Shown here piece by piece: positions 19,033 to 27,834 of a stretch of DNA of 48,885 nt. The stretch is from Acinetobacter phage YC#06: sequence record ON391949.1; one strand, written 5' to 3'. The position numbers were made by a program, and so were the translations under genes. Positions within the stretch are counted from its first letter, which is position 1, and each line of letters begins with the position of its first letter. The notes under the pieces are model-generated. The model saw only the letters and a list, made by a program, of their open reading frames with translations. It searched no databases and was not told where the DNA came from.

Positions 19033-19698
19033 ATGAAGATTATCTATACACGCATTGCAGCAGCTGCTGCATTAGAGACGGGCATTATTGCTAACCCTGA
19101 CTATTATGAAAACCCAAATTTGAAAGCAAAAGAGGTAATTATTTACGGTAATTATCCAAAGATTCAAAAGGATTACGAATCTTTAGAAGTTCCAGTTGAA
19201 GTTCGTAAGTTGGAAGAGCCACAAAAAACGACTTTGGCCACGGTAAATGTCGAGGTAGGAGTCACCCCTGAACTTCAAACTGTGATTGATGATGCAAAAG
19301 CTGAGTGTGAAAAGGTAGTTGAAGAAAACACTCAGCTTAAGCAGAAAATTGCCATCTTAGAGCAGGCCGGCGGCAACCAGTCAGAGTTGTTATCTGAGAA
19401 TTCACGATTAAAAGATGCAGCAGTCTTAGCAGATAAAGCTCTCAAAGATGCTGAAGCTCAAGTGGTCGGTATAAAAACTGAATTTGAAGCTTTTAAAAAC
19501 GATATTCCCGCAATGCAAGCACGTATTGTTGAATTGGAAGCTGGAAAATCGGCAGAAAACCCAGCTACAGAAACGGCAGCTAATGATTTTGAAAACTGGT
19601 CAAATGATCAATTAAAAGAGTATTTGGCTAGTAAAAATATTGGTTACAAGCCGTCAGCAACAAAAGCAGAACTTCTTAAATTAATCCCTAAGGAATAA
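19033..19698 (+). CDS. coiled-coil head-associated protein
   Basis: Heptad-rich sequence. Confidence 0.35.
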   Translation: MKIIYTRIAAAAALETGIIANPDYYENPNLKAKEVIIYGNYPKIQKDYESLEVPVEVRKLEEPQKTTLATVNVEVGVTPELQTVIDDAKAECEKVVEENTQLKQKIAILEQAGGNQSELLSENSRLKDAAVLADKALKDAEAQVVGIKTEFEAFKNDIPAMQARIVELEAGKSAENPATETAANDFENWSNDQLKEYLASKNIGYKPSATKAELLKLIPKE

Positions 19699-19702
19699 TG
19701 CA

Positions 19703-20092
19703 ATGAGCTTTATTACTGTAGATGACGCAAATTCAATTTTGGGCAGCGATTTTGCACCAGACAGTGATAAAGCTCGTCTGGTTAAACTGGCAAATGTCTG
19801 GATGAAAAACAGAATAGGTTTTGTACCAGATCCTATTGACCCACTTCTTAAGGATGCAGCTTGTGAAATTATCAAAGGAATTCTGGCCAAGGTAATTTAT
19901 AACGGCAAAGATCAGCAGCTGAAGCGCAAGAAAGTTAAAGCTGATTCTGTAGAGTCAGAAAAAGAATACCAAGATGGATCTGAAGCAATTTCTAGCTTTG
20001 AACAGATAGCAATTGATTTTATTGATTCACTTGATTTGAAAGATCCAAATGCAAGTTTTAATGGCTTTGGCATACCACTTTACAGGGCTTGA
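19703..20092 (+). CDS. head-tail connector protein
   Basis: Synteny. Confidence 0.4.
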   Translation: MSFITVDDANSILGSDFAPDSDKARLVKLANVWMKNRIGFVPDPIDPLLKDAACEIIKGILAKVIYNGKDQQLKRKKVKADSVESEKEYQDGSEAISSFEQIAIDFIDSLDLKDPNASFNGFGIPLYRA

Positions 20093-20462
20093 TATGGGCT
20101 TACGTGACGAAATTCAGGCAGACATTGCTGAAGCATTTAATGATGATTTGGCTGACGCCGTTCATTCATTTACTTGTGAGCGGATCTCAAAAACTAATTG
20201 GGATCCTAAAACTGAAACATATGTTGAAGTTAAAGAAAACTATTCCGGCCGAGGCGTTCTGTTTGGCTCATACAGTCAATATGAGATTCAGACGCTTGGA
20301 GTATTAGCAACGGATAAGAAGGCGACCTTGCTGCAAAATGAAGTATCCATGACACCTAAAATTGATGATGAATGGCTAACAGCTTTAGGTTCATTTCGAG
20401 TTATCCATATTCAACAAGATCCAATCAGTGCAAGCTGGAAATGTCAGCTTCGAAAAGTGTAG
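20049..20462 (+). CDS. head-tail joining protein
   Basis: Synteny. Confidence 0.35.
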   Translation: MQVLMALAYHFTGLDMGLRDEIQADIAEAFNDDLADAVHSFTCERISKTNWDPKTETYVEVKENYSGRGVLFGSYSQYEIQTLGVLATDKKATLLQNEVSMTPKIDDEWLTALGSFRVIHIQQDPISASWKCQLRKV

Positions 20463-20875
20463 GGGCTAAAATGGTTAATACCGAATATGTTCAAGAGTGG
20501 TACATCACACCTTTTCAGCATGTGCAATACACGCTTGCTAGAAATCAGCTTCACATGGATTTGTTATTTGAAGATATGGATGAAGCTGATCAATTTTTGG
20601 ATATGGGAGCGGATGCACAGGTTAGTACTTTTTCTGATGGTGCATATGCAATCGTCCAAATTGGTGATACGGCGGATAAAGACAAAATTCAAGTATATGG
20701 ATTGCTTTTACATGAAGCGGTTCACGTTTGGCAAATAGTAAAGAAGCGAATGGGTGAAAGTGAACCAAGTGTTGAGTTTGAAGCATATTCAATTCAAGCG
20801 ATCGCTCAAGACCTATTTGAAATGTACGAAGCAAGCGAGGTGAGCAATGGGGTGGAAGGGGAAAAAGCCGACTAG
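20372..20875 (+). CDS. head-tail joining protein
   Basis: Synteny. Confidence 0.35.
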   Translation: MANSFRFISSYPYSTRSNQCKLEMSASKSVGAKMVNTEYVQEWYITPFQHVQYTLARNQLHMDLLFEDMDEADQFLDMGADAQVSTFSDGAYAIVQIGDTADKDKIQVYGLLLHEAVHVWQIVKKRMGESEPSVEFEAYSIQAIAQDLFEMYEASEVSNGVEGEKAD

Positions 20876-21215
20876 TTTTAGTCTTGATGTGGCTAAAACA
20901 GCAGAAGCACATGTAAAGAATATTGTCATGGATACCGTGCAATCCTTAGTTAATTTAAGTCCTGTTGATACTGGAGCATACCGTGCTTCACATATTGTTT
21001 CGATTGGATCTGCTGACTATGGCATACGTGGACCTGAAACAAATGCTATTCAGGATGCAGCAATTCAAGCTGTAAAGATTAAATTGGGCAATTTGGTTTA
21101 TATCCAGAACAACCAGCCTTATGCAGAGCGCTTAGAAAACGGCTGGTCTGATCAAGCACCACAAGGAATTTACAACACCACCTTTACCTTTATTTCTCAG
21201 AAGTATGGCGGCTAA
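20847..21215 (+). CDS. head-tail adaptor-like protein
   Basis: Synteny. Confidence 0.4.
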   Translation: MGWKGKKPTSFSLDVAKTAEAHVKNIVMDTVQSLVNLSPVDTGAYRASHIVSIGSADYGIRGPETNAIQDAAIQAVKIKLGNLVYIQNNQPYAERLENGWSDQAPQGIYNTTFTFISQKYGG

Positions 21216-21615
21216 AATGGCAATGACTTTAGAGCAGACAAGGCAAGCTATTATCGATCGTATGCAAGCTTTTACAGGTATTACGCAAGACAGAATCCAG
21301 TATCCAAATTTTCCAGGCTTTAATGTACCTAAAGATGGTGTTTGGTGCCGCTTAACGATTGCAGGTGGTCCCAGTTTTAATTCTGGCATTGCAGATAAGC
21401 CATGTACTCGCCGTACCGGTAATATCATGATTCAATGCTTTGCACGTCCCAATTCAGGAATAATTGAAATCACAAAATTGAGTGATGCATTACTTGCTCA
21501 TTTTGAATATTTCACAATCGAACACTTAGAATGTTTGAATGGCCAATCTATTTATGCGGGTAAAGATGCTGATTTCATTCAGTATAATGTGAGCATTGGG
21601 TACAAGGTGAATTGA
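21205..21615 (+). CDS. tail completion protein
   Basis: Synteny. Confidence 0.4.
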   Translation: MAAKMAMTLEQTRQAIIDRMQAFTGITQDRIQYPNFPGFNVPKDGVWCRLTIAGGPSFNSGIADKPCTRRTGNIMIQCFARPNSGIIEITKLSDALLAHFEYFTIEHLECLNGQSIYAGKDADFIQYNVSIGYKVN

Positions 21616-21616
21616 T

Positions 21617-21835
21617 ATGTCATGTATGCTGACTTTAGAAGAAATCGAAATTAAACGGCAAGAACTGGAAAGACATCTTGAAGATGTTATGGCTGTTGAA
21701 CTGAAGAAGTGGCAAAGCGAAAATAAGCTATGTGTTTCCGATGTGAATATACGCTTGGCTAATGTTGATTGTCTCGGAGGGCCTAAACATAACGTTGTTA
21801 CTGGAGTAAGTGTTGATTTAGATTACAAACCTTAA
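21617..21835 (+). CDS. hypothetical protein
   Basis: ORF with coupled start. Confidence 0.3.
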   Translation: MSCMLTLEEIEIKRQELERHLEDVMAVELKKWQSENKLCVSDVNIRLANVDCLGGPKHNVVTGVSVDLDYKP

Positions 21836-21886
21836 ATTACTTTAATTAAATGACCGCTAAGAAGCAGTTTTTTACGTCTTTCTACT

Positions 21887-21909
21887 ACCACCTCATCGGT
21901 GGTTTTTTT
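21887..21909 (+). terminator. rho-independent terminator
   Basis: accacctcatcggtgg + T7. Confidence 0.55.
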
Positions 21910-21928
21910 ATGTCTATAGGAATCACTT

Positions 21929-22282
21929 ATGAGCAATTTTGTTTTTAAGCGTGGTGACACATTCAACTTGAACTTGCAGCTGGTTGATATGGATGAAACC
22001 CTGCAGTATCCACCGGATGATGTTCGCCGTGCAATTGATCTAACCGGTTACACCTTTACTTCACAGATTAAAGCTTTGGCTGATGGAGCAGCTGTAGCTA
22101 CCTTGACTTGTGCTGCATTAAATCAAAGTACACAGAAGGGATGGCTGAATATTAAATCTAGTGCAAGCACTGCAACTTGGCCTTTAGGGCTGTGTCAGAT
22201 GGATATTAAAGCTGTAGTTAGTGGTACTACGCAGCACACTGAAACTTTGACTTTCCAAGTGATTGACGGGGTAACAGCATAA
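21929..22282 (+). CDS. Ig-like/fibre-associated small protein
   Basis: Follows terminator 21887-21909. Confidence 0.35.
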   Translation: MSNFVFKRGDTFNLNLQLVDMDETLQYPPDDVRRAIDLTGYTFTSQIKALADGAAVATLTCAALNQSTQKGWLNIKSSASTATWPLGLCQMDIKAVVSGTTQHTETLTFQVIDGVTA

Positions 22283-23277
22283 TGGCAAATCTTGTTTTTA
22301 AATTTAGTTGGGATCACCGGCCATTCCCGTATAACTCGGCTCAGGGAAAACGGCAATTCATGCTGCCATTCGCTTCAGGCATTCCTAATCTGGCACCAAA
22401 CTTTTCGCAGGTCCAAGGTACTGCTGCAGTCTCTCAAGGTGGTACTGGGGCAACCACTGCAGCAGAAGCGCGAAATAATCTTGGTGCTGCTGAAAAAGGT
22501 GTAAATACTGACATTACTGAAATGAAAGGTTTAGCTACTCCACTTTCAGTTGCGCAAGGTGGAACGGGTGCTTCTTCTACAGCAGGTGCTCGTTTAGTTC
22601 TTGGTTTAGGTGATATAGGGACTTCTGGATTTTTTGGAAGTAAAATTAGCGAGCTATATAACAAGGTGTCGGTTCCACAATGGATAGCTGTATTAGGTGA
22701 TAACAAGTTCACTTTCCTATCAAGTGGCGACTGGCAAGCGGGGAATACAAAGAACCCACTTAATATGCCTAGCCGATATGGTTCTTTAATGTCGTATTTG
22801 GGATCAAGCTCATATGGAACGTATTCATGGCAGATTTTTAAGGCAGTATTGGGTGGACAGCTTTCCTACCGATATGGGGCAGGAAATAATGTCTGGACTA
22901 CATGGGGACACATTAAAACCAGCTTTAATACATCAGTCGATGCAAATGGGTTCTTAAAATCGGCATCACCAGTAGTGAAGTTATTTAATGATCATATTGA
23001 ACTTAATAGTGATGCAGAAAAGCAACCAATCGAATTTAAGAAAGTTGATGTAGGCGATTATTTAATTAAGGGCTCTTTAGTCTTTGCACAGGAAGGTTGG
23101 TATATCGAAGCACCTAAAGACGCAAACGGCAACACAATCGTTGCAGTAGTGTATGACACCCTAGAAAATGGTGACATCTCAATTAAAACTTACAAGCGTA
23201 AGTTTGATTTTGAACTTGCTGCTGTTGTGGCAGATCACGAGAACCCAATGGACATTCCAGAAGGCAGTAGTGTATGA
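22282..23277 (+). CDS. tail fibre protein, N-terminal/main part (frame ends inside 121-bp duplication)
   Basis: Repeated QGGTGA(T/S) motifs typical of phage fibre N-termini; stop created in second repeat copy. Confidence 0.55.
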   Translation: MANLVFKFSWDHRPFPYNSAQGKRQFMLPFASGIPNLAPNFSQVQGTAAVSQGGTGATTAAEARNNLGAAEKGVNTDITEMKGLATPLSVAQGGTGASSTAGARLVLGLGDIGTSGFFGSKISELYNKVSVPQWIAVLGDNKFTFLSSGDWQAGNTKNPLNMPSRYGSLMSYLGSSSYGTYSWQIFKAVLGGQLSYRYGAGNNVWTTWGHIKTSFNTSVDANGFLKSASPVVKLFNDHIELNSDAEKQPIEFKKVDVGDYLIKGSLVFAQEGWYIEAPKDANGNTIVAVVYDTLENGDISIKTYKRKFDFELAAVVADHENPMDIPEGSSV

Positions 23278-23384
23278 CACCCTAGAAAATGGTGACATCT
23301 CAATTAAAACTTACAAGCGTAAGTTTGATTTTGAACTTGCTGCTGTTGCCATTGTAGCTGATCTCGAAAATCCACTTGATATTC
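23143..23384 (+). repeat. tandem duplication, period 121 bp (first 85 bp identical, last 36 bp diverged)
   Basis: gcagtagtgtatgacaccctagaaaatggtgacatctcaattaaaacttacaagcgtaagtttgattttgaacttgctgctgttg at 23143 and 23264. Confidence 0.9.
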
Positions 23385-23557
23385 CAGAAGGCCGCTGGAT
23401 TGATATCCGTCTGCATGAAGAACCTGAACCAGAGCCTGAAGAGCCGTTGAGTGAAACACCAGTGGATTTCCAGCCGACTAACTTATCTCAGGCAGTTGCT
23501 GCAGCCATGAATGGCGTGGAACCGCCAGAAATCTCAGAAACAGACGAAACACTTTAA
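23168..23557 (+). CDS. tail fibre C-terminal segment in shifted frame
   Basis: Re-reads the duplicated VVYDTLENGDISIKTYKRKFDFELAAV peptide then continues to an acidic C-terminus. Confidence 0.4.
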   Translation: MVTSQLKLTSVSLILNLLLLWQITRTQWTFQKAVVYDTLENGDISIKTYKRKFDFELAAVAIVADLENPLDIPEGRWIDIRLHEEPEPEPEEPLSETPVDFQPTNLSQAVAAAMNGVEPPEISETDETL

Positions 23558-23560
23558 TAA

Positions 23561-23583
23561 CCCGCTTAAACAGCGGGTTTTTT
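23561..23583 (+). terminator. rho-independent terminator after tail fibre
   Basis: cccgcttaaacagcggg + T6. Confidence 0.6.
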
Positions 23584-23609
23584 ATTGCCTAAATTTTGGA
23601 GAACCATAA

Positions 23610-24527
23610 ATGAGTTCAGGCGCAAAAATTCGATTATATGCTTGTGAGGAAGCAGTTTTAGGAACAACTCCTGCAAATCCAGTCTGGTACACCGTTCGCC
23701 GTGTTACTGATAGTTTGACTGAAAATGTTACTACTGAAGATAGCAGTGAAGTAGTTGATTCACGTTTTCGCCAAGGCGCTGTTGTAACGGAAGCCGAAGT
23801 AACTGGTCAACTAGAGTTTGAATTATCACTAGGTACCTTTGACTTATTCTTAAATGTTCTCGCTTTCAATAACTGGGCTGCAAATGCTTTAAGTTTTGGT
23901 GGTGGAGTACGTAAGTCTCTTACCTTGGTAAAAGTCTTTGAAGATATTGGTCAAGTCTTTATTTATCGTGGTATTCAAGTGAATACAGGTGAAATGACGA
24001 TCCAGACCACAGGCAAAATCACTGGTAACTTTGGTTTAGTAGGTAGCTCATTTACGCGACAGCAGGTTAATCCTGTTACAAATCCTATTCCAGCATCGAC
24101 TCGCCCTCTGGTGAGTATGCCAAATGTTGAAAAGCTACTTATTAATGGTCAATCAATTCAGGGTAAAGCTTGTCTGCAGACACTTACCATCAACTTTAGT
24201 AATAATCTGGAAGCGATCCGTTGTATCGGTTCTGGTAAGTACACGCCTGAGTTTTACTTAGAGAAAATGATGGATATTGGCGTAAATGCTAATTTCATGT
24301 TTTCAGCAACATCTGCTTCTTGGATTGATGCTATTAAAACCCGTGATGTATTTACATTGACCTTCGATATTACAGATACCAAAGGCAGTAAGTACTCGTT
24401 TAACTTCCCGCAACTTGAAGTTAAGGAAGCAAATCACCCTGATGGTGGTGGCGATGACATTATTACAATAGATATCAATTTTGCCCAAGTGCGTACCAGT
24501 CCAACGATTGTACGTGCTCTTGTGTAA
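23610..24527 (+). CDS. major tail (tube) protein
   Basis: 305 aa immediately upstream of the G/GT chaperone pair. Confidence 0.6.
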   Translation: MSSGAKIRLYACEEAVLGTTPANPVWYTVRRVTDSLTENVTTEDSSEVVDSRFRQGAVVTEAEVTGQLEFELSLGTFDLFLNVLAFNNWAANALSFGGGVRKSLTLVKVFEDIGQVFIYRGIQVNTGEMTIQTTGKITGNFGLVGSSFTRQQVNPVTNPIPASTRPLVSMPNVEKLLINGQSIQGKACLQTLTINFSNNLEAIRCIGSGKYTPEFYLEKMMDIGVNANFMFSATSASWIDAIKTRDVFTLTFDITDTKGSKYSFNFPQLEVKEANHPDGGGDDIITIDINFAQVRTSPTIVRALV

Positions 24528-24545
24528 TCAACTTATTCAGTAACA

Positions 24546-24573
24546 AAGCCTATGGAAACCCATGGGCTTTTTT
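24546..24573 (+). terminator. rho-independent terminator after major tail gene
   Basis: gcctatggaaacccatgggc + T6. Confidence 0.5.
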
Positions 24574-24596
24574 ATTTCTAAAAATTAGAGGTTGTT

Positions 24597-25112
24597 ATGG
24601 CTTTAAAAGTCGGAATTATTAAAAGCTCAGACGTATCAAAATGGTGTGAATACAAGGGTGCTGATGGCGATGTACAGGCTGAGTTCAAAGTCCGTGGTAT
24701 CGCTTATAAGCCTTTTCAGGTAGCTATTGAACGGGCAGGAAACCAGATCTCGTCTAAAGGCTATGATGTGATGGTCAAAGATGAAGATGCCAAGCTTTAC
24801 CACGAGCTTTTAATGGATGCATGCGCGGCCCACTTAATCGAAGACTGGAAAGGTGTGGTATTTGCCGAAATCGTAGACGGTAAAACTGTTGAGTCCGAAA
24901 AGCCATATACACCTGAGAATGCCTCAAAGCTTCTTAATCTTGGTGATATTGGTATTTCAATCTGGCTATTCATTAAAGAACAGGCCCAGAAGATTCAGGA
25001 AGACGCAGACAAGGACAAGGCTTTAATTCTGGGAAAGTCATGGAGCTCTACAAATACCAAAAAACGTATGCGTCGAAAACGCCGCACGAAATCGAGCAAA
25101 TCAAGTTCTTAG
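24597..25112 (+). CDS. tail assembly chaperone (lambda gpG analogue)
   Basis: Precedes tape measure; contains slippery heptamer near the 3' end. Confidence 0.6.
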   Translation: MALKVGIIKSSDVSKWCEYKGADGDVQAEFKVRGIAYKPFQVAIERAGNQISSKGYDVMVKDEDAKLYHELLMDACAAHLIEDWKGVVFAEIVDGKTVESEKPYTPENASKLLNLGDIGISIWLFIKEQAQKIQEDADKDKALILGKSWSSTNTKKRMRRKRRTKSSKSSS

Positions 25113-25234
25113 GATTCAGGAAGACGCAGACAAGGACAAGGCTTTAATTCTGGGAAAGTCATGGAGCTCTACAAATACCAAAAAACGTATGCGTCGAAAA
25201 CGCCGCACGAAATCGAGCAAATCAAGTTCTTAGG
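24993..25234 (+). repeat. perfect tandem duplication, period 121 bp, spanning the frameshift site and the G stop codon
   Basis: 24993-25113 identical to 25114-25234. Confidence 0.95.
25031..25037 (+). other. programmed -1 ribosomal frameshift slippery heptamer G GGA AAG (second copy at 25152-25158)
   Basis: Identical to lambda G/GT slippery sequence; correct frame relationship G(0) to T(-1). Confidence 0.6.
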
Positions 25235-25481
25235 TGGCCGTATTCCGGATCCGCCAGAATATTCGTATGCGGCCGACTCTATTCTTTCGGCATTTAGTAC
25301 TATTGCCAGATCCAGACGGTATGAGCAGGGTATCCCGTTATCTTTAGATCAGCAGGCAATCAATGTCTATGCAGAGCATAATGATTTACCCGTGGCTGCT
25401 CATATTTTTAATGACTGTATTTTTGCTTTGGATAACCTGTTTCTGGATGAGTGCCATAAGAAGTTTAAGGCAAAAAAATAA
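25161..25481 (+). CDS. tail assembly chaperone T-extension (expressed as G-T fusion by -1 frameshift)
   Basis: The -1 frame from GGGAAAG reads directly into this ORF (..GKVMELYKYQKTYASK..). Confidence 0.55.
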   Translation: MELYKYQKTYASKTPHEIEQIKFLGGRIPDPPEYSYAADSILSAFSTIARSRRYEQGIPLSLDQQAINVYAEHNDLPVAAHIFNDCIFALDNLFLDECHKKFKAKK

Positions 25482-25657
25482 AATGTTTTAAAGCTTTATT
25501 CCTTAAAGCTTAATCAAGTGCGGGATATTTTAAGAAATAAACTATATACCGCACTTTTAGCATAGTATTTCTAAAATCCTTAATAGCAAGTTTGTTAAGT
25601 TGTTGAATTTTAATATTTTAAATTTCAAGGCTAGGTGTTTAAGAATGTAATTTCTAG

Positions 25658-25686
25658 TTGACATAAATGTCATTAAGAAATATTAT
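25658..25686 (+). promoter_or_regulatory. sigma70-like promoter TTGACA-17-TATTAT with palindrome AATGTCATT in spacer
   Basis: Consensus -35, 17-bp spacer, near-consensus -10, upstream of the TA-like pair. Confidence 0.45.
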
Positions 25687-25791
25687 ATTTTCAATAGTAA
25701 ATTATATCGTACGAAATATTGTTGAATCGCACGATTACTATTAATGTTAATTTTATTTAACTGATTATCTTATTCTATTTTGGAAATTATT

Positions 25792-25941
25792 ATGAAAGCT
25801 CCAGCAATGTTGGTAACACCAACTTTTGGTGTTGATTCATCTCAAAAAATTCTTCAAGAAGCTCAGAAAAAAATTACGCCAGCTCGTAAATCACGCCTTG
25901 AGCAGCTTGCTCAAATAGCAAAAAACGCATTTAAAAATTAA
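25792..25941 (+). CDS. 49-aa small ORF, putative antitoxin partner of GNAT toxin
   Basis: ATG 25792, stop 25939-25941, 15 bp upstream of GNAT gene; below 60-aa track cutoff. Confidence 0.35.
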   Translation: MKAPAMLVTPTFGVDSSQKILQEAQKKITPARKSRLEQLAQIAKNAFKN

Positions 25942-25956
25942 TTATGAGGTTTCAAT

Positions 25957-26502
25957 TTGTCCACAGAGATTAATATTTCTGAGGTCGAGTTACGAAATTT
26001 AGATTCAGTAGAAAAGCATCTTTATCAAGATTTTTGTTGTGAGCGTGAAGAGCTCAATACGTTCTTGATTGAAGATGCTTTTGATTATCATAATTATGGT
26101 TTAACCCGAACTACTTTGGTATTTCATAACGATGTACTGATTGGCTATTTTAGCTTGTCAGCTGATAAAATTGTGCTCACTCAAACAGAAATTGATGAAT
26201 TATCTTTAAATGGGGAATTTAAAGTAACTTATTTCCCTGCAGTAAAGATTACAAAACTTGCTATTCAGAAAGCTTTTGCTGGCAAGGGGTATGGTAGGCT
26301 TATTTTGGAATTAATTGAAGGCCTAGTGTATGGTCAACATATGGCTATAAGATTTTTGACTTTAGATGCTGTAAATGAGGAAAAAGTTCTTAAGTTTTAT
26401 GAGCGAAATGGATTTAATGAAAGTCTCCATGAAGCTAGACAGCAAAGACAAAAGCAAAATAGGCAAACGATATTAATGCATAAAGATATCTTTAGTGAAT
26501 AA
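25957..26502 (+). CDS. GNAT acetyltransferase, TacT/AtaT-like toxin family
   Basis: Alignable by eye to TacT: LIGYFSLSADKIV, KLAIQKAFAGKGYGRLIL (motif A), FLTLDAVNEEKVLKFYERNGF; TTG start after GAGG. Confidence 0.65.
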   Translation: MSTEINISEVELRNLDSVEKHLYQDFCCEREELNTFLIEDAFDYHNYGLTRTTLVFHNDVLIGYFSLSADKIVLTQTEIDELSLNGEFKVTYFPAVKITKLAIQKAFAGKGYGRLILELIEGLVYGQHMAIRFLTLDAVNEEKVLKFYERNGFNESLHEARQQRQKQNRQTILMHKDIFSE

Positions 26503-26523
26503 ACCACCTTCGGGTGGTTTTCC
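26501..26523 (+). terminator. rho-independent terminator after GNAT gene
   Basis: aaccaccttcgggtggtttt. Confidence 0.55.
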
Positions 26524-26581
26524 TTTATGTGACATTTAATGATCAGTTTGCTAAATTACCCCCAAATATGAGGGTATTTTT

Positions 26582-27343
26582 ATGCTTAAGGACTATCTTG
26601 GGCCTGCCGCTGAACATAAGCACAAAGCAGAACAAGCCATTAAAGAAAAGAGATTTGATGATGCTTGGCGTCATCTTAATGAGCAAAAAATAAATTATTT
26701 TCAGCACGCAAAACAATGTAATTTTACTGAAAAGCAAACTTTGGGGCTTGATGCGGTTGTGCACATCACAATGGGCAATTTACTGAGAAGAGAAGGTAAG
26801 CATTTACAAGCTTTGTATCACATTGCTTATGTTTATAAGGTAGGTAAGCTAGAGAACCCCCAAAATGACAGTAACGATGATAGGCTAAGAATCTACTATA
26901 AAAGAGCAAAGAAAGATGGTGGATTCGAGAACTTTAAACAAGGGCTTGACCTTTTTCCCAGTTATGATTATCAGTCAGTGCAACATTTCACAAGCAGCCT
27001 TTTAAATTCTGGAGACGTAAAACAAGGAGCTATTACTTCTCCTCAAATTGAGGAAAAGCCTATTACAAAAATCCCAGAAATTAATAAGAACGCTATAAAT
27101 AATAAGTTTTTGGCTGAACGCAAGAAAAAAAAGGAAGAACATATTGGGATTCCTCCTCCATTAAAAAAGCCCGAGAAGAAGCAAGTTATTCAATATGAAA
27201 AGACGAATAGCCAAATAAGTGCAACACCTGTTAGCAGTAGTTCAAAAACTGAAGGATGTAGGAGTTCGGTTTCAGGGTTCTTTATTGCAGCGACTTGCGT
27301 GGTGATAGGTTTAATTCTGCTTGTTTGGTTGCTTTCATACTAA
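26582..27343 (+). CDS. C-terminally tail-anchored membrane protein (moron)
   Basis: Single TM helix FFIAATCVVIGLILLVWLLSY at extreme C-terminus. Confidence 0.45.
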   Translation: MLKDYLGPAAEHKHKAEQAIKEKRFDDAWRHLNEQKINYFQHAKQCNFTEKQTLGLDAVVHITMGNLLRREGKHLQALYHIAYVYKVGKLENPQNDSNDDRLRIYYKRAKKDGGFENFKQGLDLFPSYDYQSVQHFTSSLLNSGDVKQGAITSPQIEEKPITKIPEINKNAINNKFLAERKKKKEEHIGIPPPLKKPEKKQVIQYEKTNSQISATPVSSSSKTEGCRSSVSGFFIAATCVVIGLILLVWLLSY

Positions 27344-27408
27344 AATAGTAAACTAGAGAATAAACACGCTACATGTTAAATTTTACTCAAAGATAATGGT
27401 TTGGGAAT

Positions 27409-27786
27409 ATGAAAAAGATTATTTTATTAGGTTTAATATTAGGTTTAGCAGGGTGTATGTCTACTGCTAATTTTTTTGAAGTGCAAGCCACCTCTGTTCA
27501 GAATAGCGGTTATTGGACCGGGCAATATGATCGATTAGTAGGAACATTAAAGTTAAATTCCGATGGAACTGGTGTTATTTGTCAGGATGGAATGGGAACA
27601 GCGAGAGTAATGTCTGTTAAAAAATCAAATGATAAACTCTATTCACAGGATGGCAGCTTCTGGAAAGTGCAAAATGAAACACTCAACTCTATGAAATTAA
27701 ATTATGCAATTGGTGGTGGTTATGAAATGAAAAAAGATGATGATTTATCTTTGGCAACACCAGCATGTAAAGAAAAATTGAAATGA
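27409..27786 (+). CDS. lipoprotein (moron)
   Basis: MKKIILLGLILGLAGC lipobox. Confidence 0.6.
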   Translation: MKKIILLGLILGLAGCMSTANFFEVQATSVQNSGYWTGQYDRLVGTLKLNSDGTGVICQDGMGTARVMSVKKSNDKLYSQDGSFWKVQNETLNSMKLNYAIGGGYEMKKDDDLSLATPACKEKLK

Positions 27787-27834
27787 ATTCAAAATGATTT
27801 GTTAAAAATTTGACTTAGATCAGGTTTTTTATTT

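Noticed and set aside
23143-23557. Diversity-generating retroelement (template/variable repeat) explanation for the diverged tail-fibre repeat
   Set aside because: No reverse transcriptase gene is present anywhere in the window. Differences between copies include an indel and are not restricted to adenine positions.
27124-27131. A8 tract in the tail-anchored membrane protein gene as a programmed slippage site
   Set aside because: It simply encodes KKKK in an AT-rich gene, with no alternative frame of plausible protein sequence.
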